Origin: Bacteroidales bacterium
GTDB lineage: Bacteria; Bacteroidota; Bacteroidia; Bacteroidales; VadinHA17
Assembly: GCA_025358455.1 (NCBI GenBank)
Contig: JANYJP010000118.1
Coordinates: forward strand, 13,906-77,905
DNA: 64,000 bases
Direction of reading: 5' to 3'
The notes beneath the pieces were generated by a model. The model had not been told where the DNA came from and did not search any database. It saw nothing but the letters and a program-made list of their open reading frames with translations. Shown here piece by piece: positions 48,042 to 56,410 of this stretch. Every line of letters starts with the position of its first letter. Within the stretch, counting starts at the first letter, position 1. A program made the position numbers and the translations under genes.

Positions 48042-51000
48042 TTACTGCTCCTTAATATTGATTTCCTTTTCCTTCTTCATATTACCTTTAATCTTTTTTT
48101 TGAACAGATCAGAAAAATTATCAAAATCTTTTTTGAAGAAAATTCCCACACCCTGAGTATAGGGGCCCTTTCCCGCGGATATGTCATTAAATCTGTTAAA
48201 TACTTTTAAACTAACCTTTTCTGTAAGTTTTAATTCAGCATCAAAATCACCGGTTAGCTGATCGGTATTACCTGTAGTTTTGTCAACACCTCTGTAATCG
48301 AAATTACCATTCAGGGATACTTTGTCGTTCAGGAGCTGAGTTGATAAAGCAACCTGAAGCTCCTGTGTATTAAGCGCTGTATTTCCGCTTCCCGGAGTAT
48401 AAACAAATCCCAGGTCAAAATCTTTATTCATTTGTGATATCCAGTTGCTTATCTGATTTGAAATCATTTCGGTGGTAGTTGCAGCCATTGCCGAAGTACC
48501 GCTTGTTGTTGTAGGAGAAGTATTTGTACCCTGTTCAGAATAAAAGCTCTTCATAACCAGAAGGTACAAAAATTGTCTGTCCAGTTCTTCCTCAGTTACA
48601 ATAGCATTTCTGAGAGAGGCTCTGGTCTCTTCATCCGAACTCGGGAGATAGATTTCAAATCCAACTATTGGATTAAAAAGCTTACCTGTCAGAAGCAATT
48701 GTGGTTCTACTGAGACTCTTATGTTAGCGTACTGTTCAAAAGGCAATATTGGAAATAGCGAAGTGTTAAATTTTTGATATATAGCTTTTAAATCGATTTC
48801 GGCATCATTGAGTTTTCCATTGAAAATGATTCTGCCTCCATTTTCAACATCAAATCTCTTGTTTAAGATATTTTTAAGTGTAAAAAGATAATCGCCTTTC
48901 TCAACAATATAGTCTCCGGAAATCCTGAAGTCACCTTGCCGGTTAAGGTTAACATTAAGTATCCCCGATCCGCTGCCAGTCATTTTATCTCCAACTTTCG
49001 GGTCGAAAATTAGTTGCACAGTAGCATCTGGTGTTGCTGTAATTTCAATATTCAGGTCAATCCCGAGTTGCTTTGGAGCCATATTTGCATATTTGATGCT
49101 ATCGGTGGATTCCAATCCTTTGCCATTGACTGGTTTTACAAATGAAATGAAATAGTATTCCGATACTGAAAGACCATTATTCAGGGGTATGAAGAATTTT
49201 GAATTTTTCCCTGTTTTTGCTGAAATATCGAAAGTAAGAGAATTTGGTCCGCTCTTTATTTTTGTAACGGTGGGTGCAGAAACGTAGACTTTCCCATAAA
49301 ATAATGGATTATCCTTTGGTTGTGTATTTAATACCAGGAAGTCATTATTATTTATATTTATGGTCAGATCAGCGCTATAATCCTTGAAGTTCTTGTGAAG
49401 TACAGATCCTGATAATACGGCAGTTTTTCCTTCCTCATCTGTTAGTTTGATATTATTAAACCTGATACCGGTTTTATCGAACCTGACAGTATCATTTATT
49501 TTGTAGGTTGTCTTGAGATAATCGATCCTCATAGTGGCATTTTCAGCCTTTATTGCGCCGGTGAGAAAAATACTGTTAGGGACTCCGTAAAAATTCACTT
49601 TACCTGAAGCAGATCCCGTAATTCCTGAGGCAAACGTTTTTAACAATGGATTGAGTGCATCAATAGGTAACTTCATTGCTGTCGCATTAAGATCAATTTT
49701 CTTCAGAGCAGGATCATAGTAGCCATTGATATCAAACATCTTTACTCCGGCCAGATTATTGCTTGCGCTTATATTCACAACTTTTCTGGCATTGTCAAGA
49801 ACTGAAATCACAGTTATTTTTCCATATTCACTGCCCAGCAAAGAAAAATTATTCACAACAAGATCACTTACTAACAAAGGGTTATGATAAACATTGGTCA
49901 ACAGAATTTTACCACTGATTTGTCCTTTAAAATCCATAGGAATTTTATTCGGGTCATTATTGTTCTTCATTGCCAGATAATTCAGGAAAGAAATATCAAT
50001 TCCTCTGAACTGAAGTTTTAAAGTGTCTGACGGATCTCCTGACACTGATCCATCGATCTGGTAATAATGATCATTATTGCTGGCATAAAGTTTGTCAATT
50101 CTTACAGTGTTTGAATCAACAAAGATTGAAGAATGACTTATGTACCACAAATTATTGCCGGAGTAAACATGGGTGGAGTCAATATCCACCCTTAGAATAG
50201 CATTTCTTTTTCCTGTGGTATTTTTTTCAATCGAGCCTCTTGCTGTAAGACTTCCTTTATTAAGCTCCTTGCCTTTACCGTCCCAGTCAACCTTTAACAG
50301 GAAATTATCAGGTTTTGTTTTTAACCCTACAGAAAAGTTTTTTAAGTCTGAATTTCCAATAACTAAAAGAGATGAACTTTTAAGATCAAGAGACAGGTTA
50401 GATCCTGAAAGATTGGCATCAAGAGCAAAATCATTTAAACCAATATTATTTACGCTCAGTACTGCTGATCTGGCTTTAATGCTTATTATACTGTCAGGGA
50501 ATACTGAGCCGGAAATCGAACTTTTATCCGCTATTAGCAAACCTGTCTTGAAAAAAGCATTGATTTTATCGGTATTCTTAAATTTAACTTCAAATGAAAA
50601 ATAATTTTTTTTGAGAGCGGTATGATTTTCACTTGCCCTGAATTGTGACGGCATCATGGTTGTAAGTGATGAACTTATCAGGTCTTTTATACCGGCAAAA
50701 TTATAATGACCTCTGATATCCGCATCAACAAAATCGGTGCGAAGACTTAAAACGGGCTTGCTATTTTCAGTGTATGTCTTTACTGAAATATCATAAAGCT
50801 CTAGGGTTTTGTTGAACTTTTTTATATTGGCATGGAGAAGTTTTATTTCGCCGTCGAGATTATCAATATTGTTTCCTTTAAAATTTGAAGTAAGAAGCAT
50901 TGAAAGTGAAGCGGTACTATCTTTCTTGTCAATATTTAACTTATACAGATTTGCGTCAGTAAGATTCAGGGTAAAATCAAATTCTGGCAATTTATTATTG

Positions 51001-52556
51001 AAATTAAACATACCAAGAAGGTCAAGCTTAATATTCTTGTCAACAATATTTATACTGCCATCCCATGTCTTTTCAGTAAAGAATCCATTAAGATCTATGT
51101 TCCGGTACTTATATTTGTTAATCTCTATGCTGTCAATTTTACCGGTAAGGTTTGCAGCAAACTTCTTCCATGAGCTCGCGTAACCGTCAACATTAGCCTT
51201 AATACTGACTTCCCCAAGTAAATCTGTATTTCCGGTCAGTTCCCCCAGATTTATATCAGTGCCGCTTATTAGCCCCTTTACCTTGTATTTTTTAGATTCT
51301 TCAGGACGGAGTGAAATATCTGTTCGAACGTTGCCCTGACTTGTCCTTATCTTACCGTAAGTAACAAAATCTGTTGTAAATCCTGTAAAACTGCCATCAA
51401 ATGAAATTTCCCCAAGCCTGTAGAGTATTTCAGGGACAATTAAATACTCATTCCCGGCTAACTTTATCTTATCAAAATCTTTAGCGTTGGTTCTTAGACT
51501 GTTAACACCTATATAAATGTAAGTATTTTCAATTTTTGGCAACCCGGAAAAATCAAAATCACAATCAAGGGAAGTATAATTTCTAAATGACAAATTAATA
51601 TTCCGGCCACGTAATTCAGTCACTGTTCCAATAAAATTTCCCGATAACCATACAGATTCATTTAACCCCTCCGGAATTGGCAGGAAATAACTGAGATCTG
51701 AAGAATTAATCAGGGATTTTTCGAGCTGGATATCAAGTTTTACTTCTTCAGTAAACTTTTTAAAAGAAGATGCTGAATCGGCTATAAGTCCTATTTTGGT
51801 AAAGTTAATTATGCTGCTGTCGCAATGTAGAAAAACGGACTTAAGAAGAATGTTTTGTTTTGACAGGCGTACGGTACTGCTCACATTTTTAACTATAAAT
51901 CCGCTTTTTTCCCTTAAAGAAATATTTTTAATATTAAATGAAGTAGTGTCATTTTCAATCTTAAGATCTTCAATACGGCCAGTTAACCCGCTAATATTAA
52001 GGTTGTTAAAATCAAGTTTGGAGTTACTTCGGATCCCATTATGATTTATAAGCGAAAAGCGTGCATCACTTATATCGATCCCGTCAATACTTATTGTGGT
52101 TTTAGCCTTATGTGTAGTGTCTGTTGGGTTTTTTAAAAGATCCAGGTACCAGTTAATATTCATCAGGCCAGTACTGTCGGTGATAAATGCAATAACCGGT
52201 TTAAGCATCGTTACCTGTCCAAACATTATTGACCTGTTTTTCAGATCAAATCCCCTCAACCCGACACTAACTGAAGGGGAATAAATAAGTGTGTCATTAT
52301 TTTTATCTTTAATAAGTACATCGCTGATAAACAGCTTATTAAAAAACCTATACTCCATCCGGCCAACTGAGATCGTTGATTTAAGCTCGCTGGAGAAGTG
52401 CCTGGAGATCCTTTTGATAATCAGTGTCTGAACTTCGGGTAGTTGTATTCCAAGATATAGCACCGTCGGGAACATAATGACGATCCCGACAAATATAATA
52501 AGATACTTAATTGATCTCTTAAAAATTTTGAGCATACCCTGAGTAAAGTCTTGCAA
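48042..52556 (-). CDS. tamB: Translocation and assembly module protein TamB (DUF490-type giant beta-helical envelope protein)
   Basis: 1504 aa. N-terminal TM anchor, then long repetitive beta-rich sequence. C-terminal region (LTGDFDAELKLTEKVSLKVFNRFND) as in TamB/DUF490. Confidence 0.85.
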   Translation of the reverse strand: MQDFTQGMLKIFKRSIKYLIIFVGIVIMFPTVLYLGIQLPEVQTLIIKRISRHFSSELKSTISVGRMEYRFFNKLFISDVLIKDKNNDTLIYSPSVSVGLRGFDLKNRSIMFGQVTMLKPVIAFITDSTGLMNINWYLDLLKNPTDTTHKAKTTISIDGIDISDARFSLINHNGIRSNSKLDFNNLNISGLTGRIEDLKIENDTTSFNIKNISLREKSGFIVKNVSSTVRLSKQNILLKSVFLHCDSSIINFTKIGLIADSASSFKKFTEEVKLDIQLEKSLINSSDLSYFLPIPEGLNESVWLSGNFIGTVTELRGRNINLSFRNYTSLDCDFDFSGLPKIENTYIYIGVNSLRTNAKDFDKIKLAGNEYLIVPEILYRLGEISFDGSFTGFTTDFVTYGKIRTSQGNVRTDISLRPEESKKYKVKGLISGTDINLGELTGNTDLLGEVSIKANVDGYASSWKKFAANLTGKIDSIEINKYKYRNIDLNGFFTEKTWDGSINIVDKNIKLDLLGMFNFNNKLPEFDFTLNLTDANLYKLNIDKKDSTASLSMLLTSNFKGNNIDNLDGEIKLLHANIKKFNKTLELYDISVKTYTENSKPVLSLRTDFVDADIRGHYNFAGIKDLISSSLTTMMPSQFRASENHTALKKNYFSFEVKFKNTDKINAFFKTGLLIADKSSISGSVFPDSIISIKARSAVLSVNNIGLNDFALDANLSGSNLSLDLKSSSLLVIGNSDLKNFSVGLKTKPDNFLLKVDWDGKGKELNKGSLTARGSIEKNTTGKRNAILRVDIDSTHVYSGNNLWYISHSSIFVDSNTVRIDKLYASNNDHYYQIDGSVSGDPSDTLKLQFRGIDISFLNYLAMKNNNDPNKIPMDFKGQISGKILLTNVYHNPLLVSDLVVNNFSLLGSEYGKITVISVLDNARKVVNISASNNLAGVKMFDINGYYDPALKKIDLNATAMKLPIDALNPLLKTFASGITGSASGKVNFYGVPNSIFLTGAIKAENATMRIDYLKTTYKINDTVRFDKTGIRFNNIKLTDEEGKTAVLSGSVLHKNFKDYSADLTININNNDFLVLNTQPKDNPLFYGKVYVSAPTVTKIKSGPNSLTFDISAKTGKNSKFFIPLNNGLSVSEYYFISFVKPVNGKGLESTDSIKYANMAPKQLGIDLNIEITATPDATVQLIFDPKVGDKMTGSGSGILNVNLNRQGDFRISGDYIVEKGDYLFTLKNILNKRFDVENGGRIIFNGKLNDAEIDLKAIYQKFNTSLFPILPFEQYANIRVSVEPQLLLTGKLFNPIVGFEIYLPSSDEETRASLRNAIVTEEELDRQFLYLLVMKSFYSEQGTNTSPTTTSGTSAMAATTTEMISNQISNWISQMNKDFDLGFVYTPGSGNTALNTQELQVALSTQLLNDKVSLNGNFDYRGVDKTTGNTDQLTGDFDAELKLTEKVSLKVFNRFNDISAGKGPYTQGVGIFFKKDFDNFSDLFKKKIKGNMKKEKEINIKEQ

Positions 52557-52598
52557 TAATTATTTTAAAGTATCTAAACCTGCGTTACCCGTACCATA

Positions 52599-52606
52599 CA
52601 AAGATA
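52599..52606 (-). promoter_or_regulatory. -7 box (TATCTTTG on minus strand) for tamB
   Basis: Plus strand reads CAAAGATA, 43 nt upstream of the tamB ATG. Confidence 0.35.
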
Positions 52607-52870
52607 ACAAAAACCTTGCTTCAATAAATTATGGGTTTATTTGTAGAACTAAAATTTCAGGGAGATATTGTATTTGAAAGTAATGTCATTTATCGACAGT
52701 TATCTGTAAGGCAAAGTACTCCAGTTTCTCATTATACCGGTACTTTCGACGCATAAGCAAGAGTTTGGCAGCTTGCACCTGCAACTACAATTTTGACATC
52801 CACCGTTAATTTGATACATTTGAAATTACAAGTGTCCTCCATCAAAAAAAATGGCAACTAAATTATTTTA

Positions 52871-53210
52871 ATGGCTCAACAACAAAACAGAAAAGTATTG
52901 AACATACATAATCGCAGGTCCATCCGATTAAAAGGGTACGATTATTCCAATGCGGGTATATATTATATAACCATTTGTATAAAAGACAGGGCGTTTTTTT
53001 TTGACGATTGTGCAATGGTTCAAAACCATGACAACAAATGAATATATTCGCGGGGTCAAAAATATGGGATGGATACAATTTAATGGTAAATTGTGGCAAC
53101 GAAATTACTGGGAACATATTATCCGCGACGAAAAATCGTATAAAACCATTTCAAATTACATTATCAATAATCCTTCAAAATGGAAAGAGGATAAATTTCA
53201 TAAACAGTGA
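52871..53210 (+). pseudogene. Remnant of a RayT/IS200-like (Y1, HUH) transposase with internal deletion and frameshift
   Basis: Frame 1 from ATG 52871: MAQQQNRKVLNIHNRRSIRLKGYDYSNAGIYYITICIKDRAFFF, then stop. From 53001 in the next frame: TIVQWFKTMTTNEYIRGVKNMGWIQFNGKLWQRNYWEHIIRDEKSYKTISNYIINNPSKWKEDKF. The N- and C-terminal blocks of the family are present. The central block with the HUH motif (about 70-90 aa) is missing. The junction is a T9 run (52994-53002). Confidence 0.65.
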
Positions 53211-53232
53211 ACAACAGTGTCTGCCCTAAAAA

Positions 53233-53904
53233 CTATATTATTATACCGGATGAGCAGACAACCTTCAATAATTTATTATCAAAATAAAAAGTCTGTGCCT
53301 GTGTTTGTTTAACTTTAAGCAGAGGATTAAATATTGAATATGTGCACACAAAAGCCCGTAACAATCTGGTCTCGGGGGGAATTTGAGAATACCTTTTAGC
53401 CTGATCCAGTCCATAAATTTTATCTTCTGACACTTTAACAATTTTTTCTGAGCTTTCAATAGTAGATTTAAACAGGTCCGTCATAAAAGAGGTATACGCA
53501 ATTGAACGACTTTTGGGATTACTTTCAATATCTTTCAGATTGGCATTCGCCTCAGTTAAGCTTTGTTCACCTTCTGCTCTCTGGTTAACCCAGAATACCA
53601 TTTCGCTGTCAATTTGAGATTTTGAAATAGTCTCATCAGTAAAGGCGCCATCTTCATTCATGTATGAAAATTGTAATGAATCTCCTTTCCAGATGTATTT
53701 TGCAGGAAGTATGTCAGTTATATAAAACAACATACTATCAGTTACTGTGATTGATGATTTTTCTTCTATCCTGATAATTTTAAAACTGAGGTCACTTGTA
53801 ATACCGTCTTTTGTGCAGACAAATGTTTCAATGAGTTTTGATTGTTTATTATCTGTGCATCCGGTCAGACCCAGAACAAATGCAAAAAACAGAAGGTTTT
53901 TCAT
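53233..53904 (-). CDS. Hypothetical lipoprotein
   Basis: Lipobox LGLTGC. 223 aa. No recognisable domain. Confidence 0.6.
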   Translation of the reverse strand: MKNLLFFAFVLGLTGCTDNKQSKLIETFVCTKDGITSDLSFKIIRIEEKSSITVTDSMLFYITDILPAKYIWKGDSLQFSYMNEDGAFTDETISKSQIDSEMVFWVNQRAEGEQSLTEANANLKDIESNPKSRSIAYTSFMTDLFKSTIESSEKIVKVSEDKIYGLDQAKRYSQIPPETRLLRAFVCTYSIFNPLLKVKQTQAQTFYFDNKLLKVVCSSGIII

Positions 53905-54033
53905 ATTTTAAAATTTCAATCAAGGTACAGAATTTTAAAATACTTTAGCGATTTTTTAATATTTTTACGCCTGAATAGTGATAACCATTCAATAAAAGAG
54001 AATGCCTGACAGATTCCAAAACTTTAAGTATAA

Positions 54034-55047
54034 ATGACAGTTACGATCTTAGCTATAGAATCATCCTGCGACGATACATCTGTTGCGGTTATCAGGGATG
54101 GATGTGTCCTGTCAAATCTTATTGCCAACCAGGATATTCACATGTCATATGGAGGTGTAGTTCCAGAGCTTGCATCGAGGGCTCATCAGTCTAATATTGT
54201 TCCGGTTACACATAAGGCTATCATCCAGTCGGGTATTAAAACCGAAGAGATTAATGCTGTTGCTTTTACCAGAGGGCCGGGACTTCTTGGTTCACTTCTG
54301 GTAGGAACCTCTTTTGCAAAAGGTTTCGCACTTGCTCTTGATGTTCCCTTAATTGAAGTAAATCATCTGCAGGCTCACGTTCTTTCACACTTTATTCTTG
54401 AAAAAGATAAAGAGACTCGCTTGCCATCATTTCCATTCTTATGTCTGCTGGTGTCAGGCGGCCATACCAGGATCATTGTTATGAAAAGCCATATGGAGAT
54501 GGAGGTTATCGGAAATACTATCGATGACGCCGCGGGGGAGGCTTTTGATAAATGCGGAAAAGTAATGGGGTTACCATATCCGGCAGGGCCATTGATCGAC
54601 AAACTGGCAAGTGAGGGAAACCCGGATGCTTTCAGCTTTGCTAAACCTTCTGTCAAAGGACTTGATTTTAGTTTCAGCGGGTTAAAGACCAGCTTTCTCT
54701 ATTTTCTTCGAGACAGATTGAAGGAAGATCCGGATTTTATTGAAAAGAATAAAACTGACCTTTGTGCTTCCCTGCAGCATGTGATAGTTAGTATTCTTTT
54801 AAGTAAACTTATCAAAGCCGCTGCACAGACTGGAATTAAAGATATTGGAATTGCCGGAGGAGTATCAGCTAATTCAGCTCTAAGGAACGCGATGAAAGAG
54901 GAAGCAGTTAAGAGAAACTGGAACCTGTTTATCCCTGAATTCAGGTATACAACTGATAACGCGGCAATGATTGGAATTACAGGTTATTATAAGTTTCTTA
55001 GGGGTGAATTTTCTGATCATTCAGTAACTCCGTTAGCAAGGTATTAA
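54034..55047 (+). CDS. tsaD: tRNA N6-adenosine threonylcarbamoyltransferase
   Basis: ILAIESSCDDTS N-terminus. HxxxH metal site (VNHLQAHV). GGVSAN. Confidence 0.95.
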   Translation: MTVTILAIESSCDDTSVAVIRDGCVLSNLIANQDIHMSYGGVVPELASRAHQSNIVPVTHKAIIQSGIKTEEINAVAFTRGPGLLGSLLVGTSFAKGFALALDVPLIEVNHLQAHVLSHFILEKDKETRLPSFPFLCLLVSGGHTRIIVMKSHMEMEVIGNTIDDAAGEAFDKCGKVMGLPYPAGPLIDKLASEGNPDAFSFAKPSVKGLDFSFSGLKTSFLYFLRDRLKEDPDFIEKNKTDLCASLQHVIVSILLSKLIKAAAQTGIKDIGIAGGVSANSALRNAMKEEAVKRNWNLFIPEFRYTTDNAAMIGITGYYKFLRGEFSDHSVTPLARY

Positions 55048-55100
55048 TATTATTGCAACTCATTTGGCAGCGCAGGAACCGTTGCAGGGATGGGCTGTAA

Positions 55101-55325
55101 AACTCTTGTTTGCGTGTCGGAAGTCCAAGCCTTCAGTCACTTAAAAGAGGTAAACCGACAGAAATTGAATATCTGAATGGATATATAGTTAATGCAGGGA
55201 ACAGATTAGATGTCCCTCTGCCTGTTAACACTATAACAGTGAGCGCCACACGTGAGACAGAGTTTAATGAAAGAGCAATAACTATCAATAATTTTTATGA
55301 TCCGTTTTTTGAGAGATTCAATTAA
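55101..55325 (+). pseudogene. panE: C-terminal remnant of a 2-dehydropantoate 2-reductase (PanE/ApbA) gene
   Basis: The translation ...SPSLQSLKRGKPTEIEYLNGYIVNAGNRLDVPLPVNTITVSATRE matches the conserved PanE C-terminal block (S.lqDl..gr.TEid.lnG.vv..g...gv.tP.n). A stop lies at 55098-55100. There is no room for the roughly 230 missing N-terminal residues after tsaD. Confidence 0.5.
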
Positions 55326-55376
55326 TGGAAGCATTTTTTATCAGAAAATTATTAAATTCGGGGCAAATTGAATGGA

Positions 55377-55751
55377 ATGGAGGAGTTAAGAATTGCACCA
55401 ACGAAGAATACCCCGGAGATCATTTTGAATCCTGAGGGGATAATTTGTATAAAGGGAAGATCAATTCATGAGAATGTTACTGATTTTTTCGGACCAACAG
55501 AAGACTGGGTTACTGAATATATTGAGGTTCCGGCTGAAGTAACTGTGGTTCACATGACTCTTGAATATTTTAATAGCGCCAGCGCAAAAGTCTTCATACA
55601 TTTGTTACAGAAGATAACTTATGTCTCTCTCAAACATAAAAAATTTATTTTTAACTGGTATTATGAAGATGGTGATGAGGATATTCTTGAAAGAGGCGAA
55701 TATTTCTCTTACGTACTTGATGTTCCTTTTAATTTTGTAAAGCTTAACTGA
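55377..55751 (+). CDS. DUF1987 / SiaC-family protein
   Basis: MEELRIAPTKNTPEIILNPEGIICIKGRSIHENVTDFFGP...LEYFNSASAKVFIHLLQK...FNWYYEDGDEDILERGEYF follows the DUF1987 consensus closely. Start moved to ATG 55377. Confidence 0.75.
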   Translation: MEELRIAPTKNTPEIILNPEGIICIKGRSIHENVTDFFGPTEDWVTEYIEVPAEVTVVHMTLEYFNSASAKVFIHLLQKITYVSLKHKKFIFNWYYEDGDEDILERGEYFSYVLDVPFNFVKLN

Positions 55752-55834
55752 TTTTATCCAAAGCCTGCTCAACACCGGTGTGCAGACAATCATCATCTTC
55801 GGGCATCCATAAATATTTTAATCCCTTACAGCTC

Positions 55835-56392
55835 TTATTTCTTTTTGTTGTTCCTTGATTTTTCCTGATAAGCTAACAGATAGATCAATGAAACAACAAA
55901 AAAAATCACACTTAATAACAGAAGCATTATAAACGCGAATACGGAGGGCTTCTCAAGACCCGGAATAGGATTATGGAGGCGGTAGTTATATCCGTAGATT
56001 GTGTAAATGAGCACCATTATCGAAACAATAAAACTGAAAATGATTGACGTACCGTCAAGAATCCTGGTGGTTTTGTAGAACTGTGTATTTTTAAATTTAT
56101 TATATGGAGTCCTGGCGTAAACTGTTGCACGCTTGTGTGATCTGTCCTGCCGGTATTTCCGCCAATCCTCCATAGCCCTTTCAAAGGCCTGTTCACCGGA
56201 ATTTATTTTTTCACGGCAGGCAATAAGAAACTCGTATGCTTCGGTAACACTAATGAACATATCTTTGGCATCGGGAGCAGGGTTTATATCCGGATGATAA
56301 AGGCGGGCTTTTTTCCTGTATGCCTTTTTTATCTCTTCAATTGTAGCGGTTGCTGGGATGCCCAATATTTCATAGTAGTCGTTGAGTGTCAT
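55835..56392 (-). CDS. Membrane-anchored J-domain protein
   Basis: N-terminal J domain (DYYEILGI...[11 protein letters not shown]). Two predicted C-terminal TM helices and a basic tail. Confidence 0.8.
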   Translation of the reverse strand: MTLNDYYEILGIPATATIEEIKKAYRKKARLYHPDINPAPDAKDMFISVTEAYEFLIACREKINSGEQAFERAMEDWRKYRQDRSHKRATVYARTPYNKFKNTQFYKTTRILDGTSIIFSFIVSIMVLIYTIYGYNYRLHNPIPGLEKPSVFAFIMLLLLSVIFFVVSLIYLLAYQEKSRNNKKK

Positions 56393-56410
56393 ATTTGAGT
56401 CCTTCCGCCT

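Noticed and set aside
50173-51183. Two 124-143 aa plus-strand ORFs inside tamB, and many similar 60-120 aa antisense ORFs inside other long genes (for example in relA, GH2, the acyl-CoA ligase and citF).
   Set aside because: They are nested entirely within well-supported genes on the opposite strand. Their composition is Ser/Leu/Phe-rich, typical of antisense translation of AT-rich genes, and they have no recognisable motifs.
52863-53117. 84-aa minus-strand ORF overlapping the transposase remnant.
   Set aside because: It is antisense to clear RayT-like coding blocks and has no family resemblance.
55772-55781. Perfect 10-bp palindrome ACACCGGTGT between the convergent DUF1987 and J-protein genes; considered as a terminator.
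   Set aside because: It has no loop and no T tract on either strand. A palindrome of this length is expected by chance.
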